IMG/VR virus record: IMGVR_UViG_3300010052_000207
Location: 6,790 to 70,789 of that record
Reading direction: 5' to 3' (one strand)
Source of the DNA: a virus
DNA length: 64,000 nucleotides
The position numbers and the translations under genes are program-made. This document shows positions 1-8,372 of the stretch, one piece after another. Position 1 is the stretch's first letter, and every line of letters begins with the position of its first letter. Below the pieces are notes generated by a model, which worked only from the letters and a program-made list of their open reading frames with translations, was not told the origin of the DNA and did not search any database.

Positions 1-75
1 GGCATCCGGCGGCGGGCTGAGTTGCTGCTAACAGGGATAGCACGGCCCGACTGACGAGCCAACCGCAAAAACGGC

Positions 76-104
76 TTGCGCGAGGGGATGGGCGGGAATA
101 ATGT
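76..104 (+). promoter_or_regulatory. sigma70-type promoter TTGCGC-N17-TAATGT
   Basis: Exact 17-nt spacer; predicted start at about 110-111 coincides with the first base of the tRNA-like stem. Confidence 0.6.
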
Positions 105-108
105 TGGC

Positions 109-229
109 GTGCTGCGGCGGCGGGGATGGACCCGCTAGGGCAACGGGAGGCGCGCCCGCAAACGAGATGAAAGACTCTCCACTGCCCGAAAAAATCGCGA
201 TAGTCGGAATCAAGCCCGGCCCGTAGCAT
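109..229 (+). ncRNA. tRNA-like structured RNA with expanded anticodon arm
   Basis: Acceptor-like stem 111-117/221-227, D-like arm 120-124/131-135, stem 138-142/183-187 enclosing extra hairpins, T-like arm 203-207/216-220; no anticodon loop, no CCA. Confidence 0.55.
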
Positions 230-256
230 CCGGTCAACTCAAAGGAGGATAAATTT

Positions 257-409
257 ATGAAACTGAAAGTTACGCTGAATTTGCGCGACGATCATCCCTG
301 CGTTGTCGAATGCAAGGGTGAAGAACGCATGAACTACATCAAGACCAACTTCAAAGAACTTCAAGATTGCGGCAGCCTGACCGTCGAGTCCATCGAAGTA
401 GCCAAGTAG
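257..409 (+). CDS. 50-aa small protein MKLKVTLNLRDDHPCVVECK...SIEVAK (below ORF-track cutoff)
   Basis: Near-perfect RBS AAAGGAGGA at 241-249, ATG at 257, TAG at 407-409. Confidence 0.75.
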   Translation: MKLKVTLNLRDDHPCVVECKGEERMNYIKTNFKELQDCGSLTVESIEVAK

Positions 410-411
410 CG

Positions 412-567
412 GCCGGTTTGCAGAACGGAATACCCGAAAGGGTGAAGAGGCGAGGGTTTCGGTTGGGCGCCCCATAGTCCGGTAATGAGAACGGACGTGT
501 CCCGCGAGGGATGAGGCGGAGAGGTAAAAGGCTCCGCAAACCGATGACAGCCGGGAAAGACCGGCAC
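412..567 (+). ncRNA. GNRA-rich structured RNA, possibly related to large phage tRNA-cluster RNAs (GOLLD-like)
   Basis: Helix CGGTTTGC 414-421/GCAAACCG 536-543; hairpins ACCC-GAAA-GGGT, GTCCG/CGGAC, TCCC-GCGA-GGGA, GCCGG-GAAAGA-CCGGC. Confidence 0.55.
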
Positions 568-578
568 CTTACACCATC

Positions 579-654
579 GCGGGGTAAGTGCTGACGGTTG
601 CACGCCAGCCTTCCAAGCTGGAGGAGTACGGTTCGACCCCGGTAGCCCGCTCCA
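579..654 (+). tRNA. tRNA-Gly(TCC), non-canonical
   Basis: Cloverleaf with D stem GTGC/GCAC, anticodon stem CCAGC/GCTGG with loop CTTCCAA, TTCGA T loop, U73 and encoded CCA; three stem mismatches. Confidence 0.85.
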
Positions 655-663
655 CAAACGCAA

Positions 664-699
664 AAAGAGGGCGAAGAGCCGAAGCCCCTCGCCCTCTTT
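664..699. terminator. Probable bidirectional intrinsic terminator
   Basis: AAAGAGGGCGA/TCGCCCTCTTT 11-bp stem between the convergent RNA operon and late operon. Confidence 0.75.
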
Positions 700-712
700 C
701 ATCTTCTGTCGA

Positions 713-868
713 TTAACGCTTGGCCGGCTTGACGGGATTCGTGCTTTCGGTCGTGGTATCGCCGGTCGTGGGATCGACCTTCTCCACCTGGCCCGGAGCT
801 TTCGGGTTGTGGACGGTCGTTTCGTTGCCGTGGTTTTCGTTCGGCTTGTCGTTCTGGGTGTTGGTCAT
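713..868 (-). CDS. Small hydrophilic hypothetical protein (MTNTQNDKP...)
   Basis: RBS AGAAAGGG upstream of ATG at 868; shorter than the track ORF. Confidence 0.6.
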   Translation of the reverse strand: MTNTQNDKPNENHGNETTVHNPKAPGQVEKVDPTTGDTTTESTNPVKPAKR

Positions 869-946
869 GTCGATGCCCTTTCTGTCGGATGTTCGCTCTG
901 CGAGCGTACCGACAAGGCTACGACTCATCGCATAAAGATTCTATGC

Positions 947-1162
947 TTAATCGCGTTCTGGATGATGCCGCTTGTGCTCGCGGTCGTGATCGCGGAATTG
1001 CTCTCTCATGCAATGGCTCAGCTCGCGGAAAACCATGACGCCGACGAGGGCTACGGACAGGCCAGTCAGGGCGAATGCCAGCTTCGGATTCGGCATCTGC
1101 GCGGCCATGCCCTGCACTTGACTGGCGGCATTGAGGGGGCCCAATGGATTAGTCGCGGACAT
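947..1162 (-). CDS. Small hypothetical membrane protein
   Basis: One hydrophobic segment, overlaps upstream gene end, operon orientation. Confidence 0.5.
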   Translation of the reverse strand: MSATNPLGPLNAASQVQGMAAQMPNPKLAFALTGLSVALVGVMVFRELSHCMREQFRDHDREHKRHHPERD

Positions 1163-1283
1163 ACGGAATCGCGATCGGAATGGGTGGGCAGCCGGGCGTT
1201 TGACCGGGTGGACAGGACATGCAGGCGGCGAGGAAGGTTAGGCCACCGATACCCAAAAGAGCGAGGAAGCCGGTCACCCGCAT
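1149..1283 (-). CDS. Possible small lipoprotein (MRVTGFLALLGIGGLTFLAAC...)
   Basis: Signal peptide with lipobox LAAC; no clear RBS. Confidence 0.35.
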   Translation of the reverse strand: MRVTGFLALLGIGGLTFLAACMSCPPGQTPGCPPIPIAIPYVRD

Positions 1284-1341
1284 GTGCAGGCGCTCGCGGG
1301 CGATGGGGCAACGGATGACCCGAAGAATGACGACGGCGCTC

Positions 1342-1593
1342 TCATCGACCATTGACGAGGTCCACGAGGGTATCGTGCCGGGCGGCACATTCGTTGTACG
1401 CGTCCACCGTGTCCATGGAAAAGCGATGGAGGTCGCCCATCGTCGCGCCTGCTCGAAGGGGGTGCAATTCCACGCAACGGGCTTTAGCGTTTTCCGGGAT
1501 CGGCGGCGGAGTGACGCGCGGCGATTCTGCCATTAAGGAGGGACACCCCGTCAGCAGGAACAACGCACTGAGTGTAAACAGGCTTCGCAACAT
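1342..1593 (-). CDS. Rz1: Outer-membrane spanin (o-spanin) lipoprotein
   Basis: Lipobox LLTGC, Pro-rich linker, C-terminal YNECAARH motif, overlaps 3' end of i-spanin. Confidence 0.85.
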   Translation of the reverse strand: MLRSLFTLSALFLLTGCPSLMAESPRVTPPPIPENAKARCVELHPLRAGATMGDLHRFSMDTVDAYNECAARHDTLVDLVNGR

Positions 1594-1852
1594 ATTCCTT
1601 TTCCCTTACGATTTGCACTTCCGTTTTCGTCTCCCGCATGGCCGCAAGCGTCTCTTCCAGCGTGCGGGACTTCATGGCGTCGGACACGCTCAGCGCGTCG
1701 CGGTCAATCAGTGCCTTCTGGACGGTCGCGAGCGAGGCCTTGGCGGCTTCGAGAGCATCACCCTGGGCCTGATAATCACGTAGCTTCCAGCCCCCGCCAA
1801 AGGCGAAGGCCAACGCGACAGCGAGGGCGATGAGGCTGGCTTGCGACGGCAT
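1484..1852 (-). CDS. Rz: Inner-membrane spanin (i-spanin)
   Basis: N-terminal TM, coiled coil, C-terminal Cys, directly after endolysin. Confidence 0.85.
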   Translation of the reverse strand: MPSQASLIALAVALAFAFGGGWKLRDYQAQGDALEAAKASLATVQKALIDRDALSVSDAMKSRTLEETLAAMRETKTEVQIVREKEYVAKPVYTQCVVPADGVSLLNGRIAARHSAADPGKR

Positions 1853-1855
1853 GGC

Positions 1856-2362
1856 TTATCCTTTCGGCTTGAGGCCCGAGAGACACAATTCGATCTCATC
1901 ATTACGACGATTGATCAACCCATAGCAACCATTACTTTTGATCCGGCAATCCTTGCCGCCCGCCGTGTACCAGTTGGCCATGGCCAGACAGCCGGCGGCG
2001 ATGTTGCCCTCGTTCGTCTCCTCAAGAGCTTTGGAGCGAGCGTAGCCTGCGAGCCCAATGTTGTACGCGAAGCTCGTGTGGGCCGCCAGCGTCTCGGGCG
2101 GCACCTCCACGGCGATCAGCCCATACACCTGCGTCATGAACTGCCCCACCCGCGAGTTGGTGAGCTGGGAGCATTCCTCCCGGGTCTTCCTCTGGCCCGC
2201 CCTGACTCCGAGCGTTTCGCCGTTGCAGATCGTCCAGACGCCTACCACGTCGCGGTAGGATTCGAGGCTCTCCCCCTCGCGATCGACGATGAACGGGACG
2301 GCGAGGAGCATCGCGGCGGCAATTCCGCCCCCAACGATCCTCGATTTGGTCTTACTCTCCAC
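1856..2362 (-). CDS. SAR endolysin, GH24 lysozyme
   Basis: E-x8-D-x5-T triad (EGESLESYRDVVGVWT); Gly/Ala-rich weakly hydrophobic N-terminus. Confidence 0.92.
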   Translation of the reverse strand: MESKTKSRIVGGGIAAAMLLAVPFIVDREGESLESYRDVVGVWTICNGETLGVRAGQRKTREECSQLTNSRVGQFMTQVYGLIAVEVPPETLAAHTSFAYNIGLAGYARSKALEETNEGNIAAGCLAMANWYTAGGKDCRIKSNGCYGLINRRNDEIELCLSGLKPKG

Positions 2363-2867
2363 CGATCAAGTCCTTGCCGGAGAAGTAGGCCTTGAAGATG
2401 AAAAAGCCGATGGCGGTGATTCCCGTGCCGAACACGCCCCACAATGCTGCCCCAACGCCCTTCAGTGCCCCGCCAGCGCCGTCGAGCTTATCCCGCCACG
2501 ATTCTAGCGCCTCGATCTTCGCGCCCTGGGCGGCGATGGTTGACGTGGCTTCGTTCAGCTTCTCGTTCACCATGCCGACGGCAGGGAGGGCGTTCAATGC
2601 ATTATTCAGGTCATGGCGGATTGTCCGCAGGTCGCCCTTCTGCTCGGCGATCAGATCACGCAACGCCGTGATGTCTCGCTCCATCCCGGTGGTCACGCCG
2701 ATTCTCTCGTTCAACTGGCTGATGCCACGCACCGCCTCCTTCATCATCTCCATGTCGCTATCGTGACGCTTTTCGGAGGTCTCGACGATGGTCGCAATAC
2801 GCGTGACGTTTATCGTGAGGGCGTGGATATCGTTGGTGTTCTTCCGGACTTCTTCTTCTGTGGTCAT
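2352..2867 (-). CDS. Coiled-coil protein with C-terminal TM; positional holin candidate
   Basis: Immediately upstream of endolysin; single C-terminal hydrophobic helix. Confidence 0.5.
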   Translation of the reverse strand: MTTEEEVRKNTNDIHALTINVTRIATIVETSEKRHDSDMEMMKEAVRGISQLNERIGVTTGMERDITALRDLIAEQKGDLRTIRHDLNNALNALPAVGMVNEKLNEATSTIAAQGAKIEALESWRDKLDGAGGALKGVGAALWGVFGTGITAIGFFIFKAYFSGKDLIGGE

Positions 2868-2889
2868 TTACCCTCCATGTCACCGATAA

Positions 2890-2918
2890 AATTTACACCA
2901 TTCATGGTATTTGCGCAA
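2890..2918 (-). promoter_or_regulatory. Lysis-module promoter TTGCGC-N17-TAAATT with ACCAT-N2-ATGGT palindrome in spacer
   Basis: Read directly in the intergenic AT-rich stretch. Confidence 0.55.
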
Positions 2919-2966
2919 CGATCACAGCACATCATCTGCCTCAAACCACAAGCTCAATGGTTAATG

Positions 2967-3176
2967 CTAAGCCCCGTAAGGGACGATCTCGCCGACGAAC
3001 TCACCCGCCTCGATCGCGGCGATTACCTCGTCGCAGATTCCCCCGCCGCCGCGGCGTGCGCAGTAATCCGTCTCCCATGCCTCGCCATCCTTGCTGACGG
3101 TCAGGCGGCAGACGTAGGCAGTCGGGGATTCGGGAAGTAGGCGAACATTGCTGATGTTCGAGAAGGTGGTCGTCAT
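2967..3176 (-). CDS. Small tail-fibre-associated protein
   Basis: Overlaps tail fibre stop codon; 69 aa. Confidence 0.6.
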   Translation of the reverse strand: MTTTFSNISNVRLLPESPTAYVCRLTVSKDGEAWETDYCARRGGGGICDEVIAAIEAGEFVGEIVPYGA

Positions 3177-4186
3177 GCCGTGCGCTCCATAAGCAAGGTG
3201 TTAGTCCCGTCCCCGCCCCGGGTATTCCAGCTACCGGTCAGCAGCGTACCGCCACCGGAGACGGCGAACTGGTATGAGCTTGCCCCGAGCTGGGCATTCA
3301 CGGCGGCATTGCGGCCCGTCTGCGCCTCAGCGCCGCTGACGAGGGCAAGCAGAGTTGTCCCCACCGGGAAGGTATCGTTGCTGGAGCTCGTACCCGTGTA
3401 AACGCCTGGCCAGGTGGTGACGCCAGTGAGTTGGCTACCGTCCACCGCCGGAAGCTGACCGCTCCCGTTCAGTTTCACGATCTGGTTGGCCGAGGTGCCG
3501 GTGTTCACACCGACCGTTGTGCCGGTTATCGTGAGGTCGCTCGACACGCTCAGGGCCGCTTTGCCCCCCGAAGACCCGACGCCGACCAGCTTGCTCGCCG
3601 ACAATGCCGGTTCGTAAGACAGCATCCGCCAGTTGCCGGAGCCGAGGTAGAGCCAAGTCGCCGTTGCCCCCGCCGCCGTGGTGATGTTCGCCCCGCCGAT
3701 CAGAATCTGGCTGGTGGCGTTATGGGTAAGCTGAAGCGCCCCGGTGAAGCGGGTGAAATAGAGAGGGGCCGATGCCGCCGCCCCGCTGCCGAGCGAGTTG
3801 ATGGTCGTCGTCCCGGTGATGGACACCGCGAACACCCCGGTGGAGCCGAGGTTCGTAGTCGATGCAGAGGCGAGCGTGGCCTCGGTGCCTGGGAAGGTGT
3901 AGGTGGCAAGGTACGAGGTCAGGGAGACGCCGTTAACGAAGGGCATCCAGTTGTTCGAGGAGGTGTCGATCTCGCCGAGTTTGATGTCGTCCGTGCCGTC
4001 GAACCAGTAAACAGTCCACACAGAGCTGCTGGGGGTATTGTCGTCGATCCACATCTGCCCGGCGTACACCGTGGACGGCCGGCTGGTGCCTTTGTTGGTG
4101 CTGCCGAGGGCCTGCAGGGCGTTATTCAGGTCGGCCCTCAGGGACGGGAATGTGGCATTGTCAATAATCAAATCATGCTGGGACAT
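3173..4186 (-). CDS. Tail fibre protein
   Basis: N-terminal MSQHDLIIDN..RADLNNAL attachment-type motif, Gly/Ser/Thr-rich beta segments, follows tail tip gene. Confidence 0.8.
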   Translation of the reverse strand: MSQHDLIIDNATFPSLRADLNNALQALGSTNKGTSRPSTVYAGQMWIDDNTPSSSVWTVYWFDGTDDIKLGEIDTSSNNWMPFVNGVSLTSYLATYTFPGTEATLASASTTNLGSTGVFAVSITGTTTINSLGSGAAASAPLYFTRFTGALQLTHNATSQILIGGANITTAAGATATWLYLGSGNWRMLSYEPALSASKLVGVGSSGGKAALSVSSDLTITGTTVGVNTGTSANQIVKLNGSGQLPAVDGSQLTGVTTWPGVYTGTSSSNDTFPVGTTLLALVSGAEAQTGRNAAVNAQLGASSYQFAVSGGGTLLTGSWNTRGGDGTNTLLMERTA

Positions 4187-4187
4187 A

Positions 4188-6803
4188 CTACTCCGCTGCT
4201 TTCACGTTTAACTCGCTGATTTCGATGTTGTAGGCCGTATCGTAGGACACAAGCTCCACCTTGAAGTCGAAGCCTCGCGCCACGAACTCGCCCGAGTGCA
4301 GCCTGTTCCACGCGGTCCATGTGGGGCTCCCTGCGGGGTCGGTCTGTGTTGTGCGGACAAATACCACGGCATCGGCGGAGGCGGTGTCCGTGCCGTCGAA
4401 TGTGCCTTCCGCGTCGTCAAACAGCCCTGAGCGGCTATCGAACAGGTCCGATGGATTCACCACAGCCGCGAGAAGGTGGGCGGTGAGGCGCACCCGCTTA
4501 ACGCTGCCCAAGTCCATCTTGGTATGGAACAGGTAGGTGCCCGGTGAGGCTGTGCTGGTCAGGGTGAGCTTACTGCTGGTCACCGAGCAATTCGTCTTCG
4601 TTCCGGAGAATGTCGGGTTTTCAGTGACCGTCGAAATCACGGACAGGTTAAAGATGGTGTCCTGCGTCACGATGACGCTCGTAGCCGTCGTGGACTGGAT
4701 GCCGCTCGAATCCTCCGCCTTGACGAGGTAGATGCCCGGCATCAGTGGAAGCACCACTTGCGAGGTGGTCCCCGGCACGGCGTTCCCAATGGACGTACTG
4801 GAAGCCCAACCGCTCGAAGTATCCGGCGAGTAGCGGAACACATACTTGCCGCCGTTGCGCACGTCGAGATCGGGCGAACCGTCCCAGTTCAGGAAGGCCA
4901 ACCCGCCGATGGCGGTCCAGTAGAGGTTCTGCGGCGCGGTTGGCGGGGCAGCGAGGCCCGACACCTGCTTGGTGGTCTGCACATACGCCGAGGACGCGTT
5001 GAGCGTGTTGATGGCTTTGACGCGGAAATTGTAGATACCCGGCGTGATGTCGAGCACTTCGGCGGTGATGGCCGGGGTGCGGGGGAGCGGAATCCAGTCG
5101 GTGTCGTCGGAGAGCTTGTATTCCGCCTGATACAGGTAGATGAAGGCGTCGGGTGACGCCACCCAGCTCATGACCGCCTTAGCCTTCACGCCAGCGCCGT
5201 CGCGGGTGACGTACAATTCTTCGGTCACGGTGAGGGAGAGCGGAGGGGCCACGGTGAAGGGGCTGGGCAGGTTCGTGTCCGGCGCCGCGTCGTAAGTCGA
5301 GGCCTCGCCGCCGTTCCAATCGTAGCTGGCCGACGACTCCTCCTGCAGCGATACGGTGATGGGGCCGATACCGTCGGTCTGGAGGCTCTTGATGCGGAAG
5401 ACCTTGTCTTCCCAACCGAGGGGCGCGTTGGTGAACTGCACGGTGTCCCACACGGCGTAGGACAGCCCCTTGTGGTTGAGCTTCAGCTCGACCTGTATGC
5501 CCTGCCTGCCCTGCTCCAAGATAACCTTGGCGATCCGCTGGGCACGCTCGGGGTGGTTAGTCAGTGTGAGCACCACGTCGCGGGCGATGACCTCCCCGCC
5601 GTCTTGCGTCTCGTAGAGGCTATTGATCACGGGCGCGAAGTCGGTCGGCTGCCAGTTCTTGTTCGGATCGACGTAGGTGCCTTGAACCCGGTTGAAAAGC
5701 TCCTGGCGAGGGGGACGGGTGCGGACCTTGATCTTCTCCACCACCATGTCGAGGTCGATGGTTCCTACGGGGGTGTCGTATGCCCCGGCATGGCCCCTAA
5801 ACTTGCCCTGCACGTAGGTAACGGACCCAGCCATCGCCGCCACGAGGGCGTTCAGGTTATCGATCGGCGCCGCTGCGGTATCGATGACCCCGTTGATCGT
5901 GTAGCGGGTCTGCGAGCCGCCCGTGGAGAGCACGACGGATTCGTCGCACACGTTGGCCGCCGCCTCCCAGAAGTCGTCGTTCACCTCGTCGCTGTCGCAG
6001 TTGAAGCCGTAGTCCGAGGTCAGGTAATCGCGGGCGCATAGGGCGGAATTATCCGACCACACGGTGAGGCCGCTCCGGGGGTCGTAGAGCTTCTTGCCCT
6101 TGACCACGGCGCTGACGTTGGGTGCGCCGTTCGGGTAAACGTCTGGGCTCCACTGGAGGCGGACGTAGATGTAGGAGCGGCCCTGAAGCCGGTGGACGCT
6201 GGTCCAGGTCGGGTATTCCGCGGTGAGGAGCGAATCCACCGTCTGGCTATCGGTGCCGAGATGCTTGGACACGCGGACGTAGGATTTCCCATCCTTGAGG
6301 TATGGGCTGGTCTGGACGAAGCCGCTGCCGTCGAGGCTAACGGGCACGTCGTTCAGGTAGATGGCTCCGATCTCTTCCACCTCATGCGCGGCGATCACGA
6401 TGACCATATGCAGGAACAAATTGTCCGCCGTCACGGTTGTCCCGGTCGAATCAGGGCCGGTGCTCGTGGTGGCTATGAGTGCGAGAGGGCCGGAGACTCG
6501 GGTCTGGCCGTAAACGACCTTGTGGCTCTCCACCGATGAGCGCACCATGACCGTCTGGCCGCGGGCGTCTTGAGCGGTGTTGGCCCCCGGTTTGGGTTTG
6601 CTCGATACCGCTCGGCTCCCCACGGCATTCAGGGCGGTGGCGACGGCGAACCCCACCACGCTGGAGGCGATGGACCCGAAAGTGATGGCCGCGCCGAACG
6701 ACCCGATCCCGGCGCCGAAGGCGGCGAGCGTCAGCGCACCGGCGGTGGCCGATGCGGCATATGCCCCGGCTGCCGCCGCGATGATGGGGATTGCGGGAGG
6801 CAC
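4188..6803 (-). CDS. Tail tip / host-specificity protein (lambda J-like, FN3-like domains)
   Basis: 871 aa; VYGQTRVSG, VKGKKLYDPR and NSALCARDYL motifs typical of tip attachment proteins. Confidence 0.88.
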   Translation of the reverse strand: MPPAIPIIAAAAGAYAASATAGALTLAAFGAGIGSFGAAITFGSIASSVVGFAVATALNAVGSRAVSSKPKPGANTAQDARGQTVMVRSSVESHKVVYGQTRVSGPLALIATTSTGPDSTGTTVTADNLFLHMVIVIAAHEVEEIGAIYLNDVPVSLDGSGFVQTSPYLKDGKSYVRVSKHLGTDSQTVDSLLTAEYPTWTSVHRLQGRSYIYVRLQWSPDVYPNGAPNVSAVVKGKKLYDPRSGLTVWSDNSALCARDYLTSDYGFNCDSDEVNDDFWEAAANVCDESVVLSTGGSQTRYTINGVIDTAAAPIDNLNALVAAMAGSVTYVQGKFRGHAGAYDTPVGTIDLDMVVEKIKVRTRPPRQELFNRVQGTYVDPNKNWQPTDFAPVINSLYETQDGGEVIARDVVLTLTNHPERAQRIAKVILEQGRQGIQVELKLNHKGLSYAVWDTVQFTNAPLGWEDKVFRIKSLQTDGIGPITVSLQEESSASYDWNGGEASTYDAAPDTNLPSPFTVAPPLSLTVTEELYVTRDGAGVKAKAVMSWVASPDAFIYLYQAEYKLSDDTDWIPLPRTPAITAEVLDITPGIYNFRVKAINTLNASSAYVQTTKQVSGLAAPPTAPQNLYWTAIGGLAFLNWDGSPDLDVRNGGKYVFRYSPDTSSGWASSTSIGNAVPGTTSQVVLPLMPGIYLVKAEDSSGIQSTTATSVIVTQDTIFNLSVISTVTENPTFSGTKTNCSVTSSKLTLTSTASPGTYLFHTKMDLGSVKRVRLTAHLLAAVVNPSDLFDSRSGLFDDAEGTFDGTDTASADAVVFVRTTQTDPAGSPTWTAWNRLHSGEFVARGFDFKVELVSYDTAYNIEISELNVKAAE

Positions 6804-7201
6804 TATCTAACCTTCCATGCTGCGACGCAGTCTTTCGTACGGATGCGGGTCACACCTCTTTCCATCAGGAAATAGCTGTGCATCCCATTGCAAATGCCGA
6901 GGCATCCCTGGGGGTGCTGGACGATGTCTCCCCGCTGGGCGAAGGGGACATCCATCCGGGGTAGGCCCACGTCGTCGGCGATGTCTGAGGGCAACTCGAG
7001 TTCGCGGTCTGCCATGAGGGCTTGCAGATCTTCCTCCGAGGAGTAGAGGCCACGCCATCGCGCGGCGAAGTCGTTCCCATTGGCCAGCTTTACCCAGTCC
7101 GCGGCCCAGAGGGCGCAGTCGTTCATGCCCCATTCGAAGACGAGGCTCCGGGCCTGCTCAATATGCTCGTTCAGCAGCGACTCCCACCCCTCTATCCTCA
7201 T
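6803..7201 (-). CDS. NlpC/P60-like tail protein (DUF6950-like)
   Basis: FEWGMNDCALWAADW motif; ATGA overlap with upstream gene. Confidence 0.75.
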   Translation of the reverse strand: MRIEGWESLLNEHIEQARSLVFEWGMNDCALWAADWVKLANGNDFAARWRGLYSSEEDLQALMADRELELPSDIADDVGLPRMDVPFAQRGDIVQHPQGCLGICNGMHSYFLMERGVTRIRTKDCVAAWKVR

Positions 7202-7773
7202 GCCAGCTTCCCGCCCCATACCACTTGTTTGTCTGCCGCCTGCTCCACGAACTCGAAACCCTTATCACCGGGGAAGGCGGATTGCTGAAAGGCGTTGTTG
7301 TACCGCCGGATTACGGGCTTGTCCCACGACGCGAATCTGCTCTCGATGTTGACCGTGACGGTGAACGTGTCACCGCCCTGGTCGATGTCTGCAGTGTCCA
7401 TGCGACCACGATACACGATGGCGGGATCACCGACGAGGTGGCGGGTGGTCTGGTCGAGGTAGCCGAGGAACAGCGTCGCCCGACGCCCTTGGTAATACTC
7501 GTTGAGCACCAGGGCCCCCATCGTGCCGGGGATATTCGAGAGCGTGAGCGAGAGATTGGAGCGGGAAAGGTCGCTCGGCTCGCCTGCCGAACTCACACCG
7601 CCGAACTGGCCGATGCCGAGATAGGTGTCGCCGCCGAAGTCGATGCTTCCGAGACTTGTGTGGGCGAGCACGTCCCCGCTGTCGAACTCCAGCTTCGCCA
7701 GAAGCACGGGAAGGATCAGGTCCTGCTGAGAGGCGGAGAGGGTGCCTGGGTCGATGTCGCGGGTGCCGGTCAC
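7198..7773 (-). CDS. Tail hub / minor tail protein
   Basis: Position between distal tail and NlpC genes; FPGDKGFEFV motif. Confidence 0.75.
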   Translation of the reverse strand: MTGTRDIDPGTLSASQQDLILPVLLAKLEFDSGDVLAHTSLGSIDFGGDTYLGIGQFGGVSSAGEPSDLSRSNLSLTLSNIPGTMGALVLNEYYQGRRATLFLGYLDQTTRHLVGDPAIVYRGRMDTADIDQGGDTFTVTVNIESRFASWDKPVIRRYNNAFQQSAFPGDKGFEFVEQAADKQVVWGGKLA

Positions 7774-8372
7774 GAAAGCACCTCAACAGCGGAGAACGTC
7801 TTGGGCTGGTAAACGCCCATCTCGTTGCACTCCCACATGGCTTGCAAGTCGTCCACAAGGGCCATAATGCAGATCGGGCGGTCCACGGTGATGACCGCGT
7901 TATTCAGTGGGCTGTCGCGCAGGGCAGGCTTGAACGAGATCGTCGCATTGCCTCCGCCATTGCTCGTCACGTCCGCCGTGACCATTTTCAGCTCGCCGTT
8001 GACCGAGAAGTAATCCCCCGCCCGGAGTACGGTCTGGCTGGCTAACCAGCCGTCGGTCAAAAGCGAGGAGCCGGTCTGCGAGCCGCCGTTGACGAGGGGG
8101 GCACCCTTGGCCGTACCCCTCGGGATGACGCCATCTGGGTCGTAGCCGTAGAACGTATTCGCCGCGCCTTCAAGGTTCAGGAAGAACGCTTGCCAGGCCG
8201 CCGCCGTGTCACGCTTCATGGCTGGCAGGCTAAAGCTTGCCATCCAACGGGAGCCGGACAGGAGGACCCGCTGCGAGACCTTGGTGAAAGGACTTTCAAA
8301 TTTCTGGGTATTGGTCTCCAGCCCGAACCGGGCGGTAGTGAATCCGGGACGCGTGGGCATGAAGATGGTCAT
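7770..8372 (-). CDS. Distal tail protein
   Basis: Follows tape measure; 200 aa. Confidence 0.75.
   Translation of the reverse strand: MTIFMPTRPGFTTARFGLETNTQKFESPFTKVSQRVLLSGSRWMASFSLPAMKRDTAAAWQAFFLNLEGAANTFYGYDPDGVIPRGTAKGAPLVNGGSQTGSSLLTDGWLASQTVLRAGDYFSVNGELKMVTADVTSNGGGNATISFKPALRDSPLNNAVITVDRPICIMALVDDLQAMWECNEMGVYQPKTFSAVEVLS

Noticed and set aside
44-80. CTGACGAG followed by a GCC/GGC stem, resembling a hammerhead ribozyme core
   Set aside because: The required GAAA after stem II is absent (TTGCG instead), and the 5' context is cut by the window edge
579-654. Suppressor tRNA, alternative genetic code, or attachment site
   Set aside because: Anticodon is sense (TCC); core genes are uninterrupted in the standard code; no duplicated tRNA 3' end or integrase in the window
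3173-6803. Possible diversity-generating retroelement or invertible fibre cassette
   Set aside because: No reverse transcriptase, no TR/VR near-duplicate and no invertase with flanking inverted repeats were found
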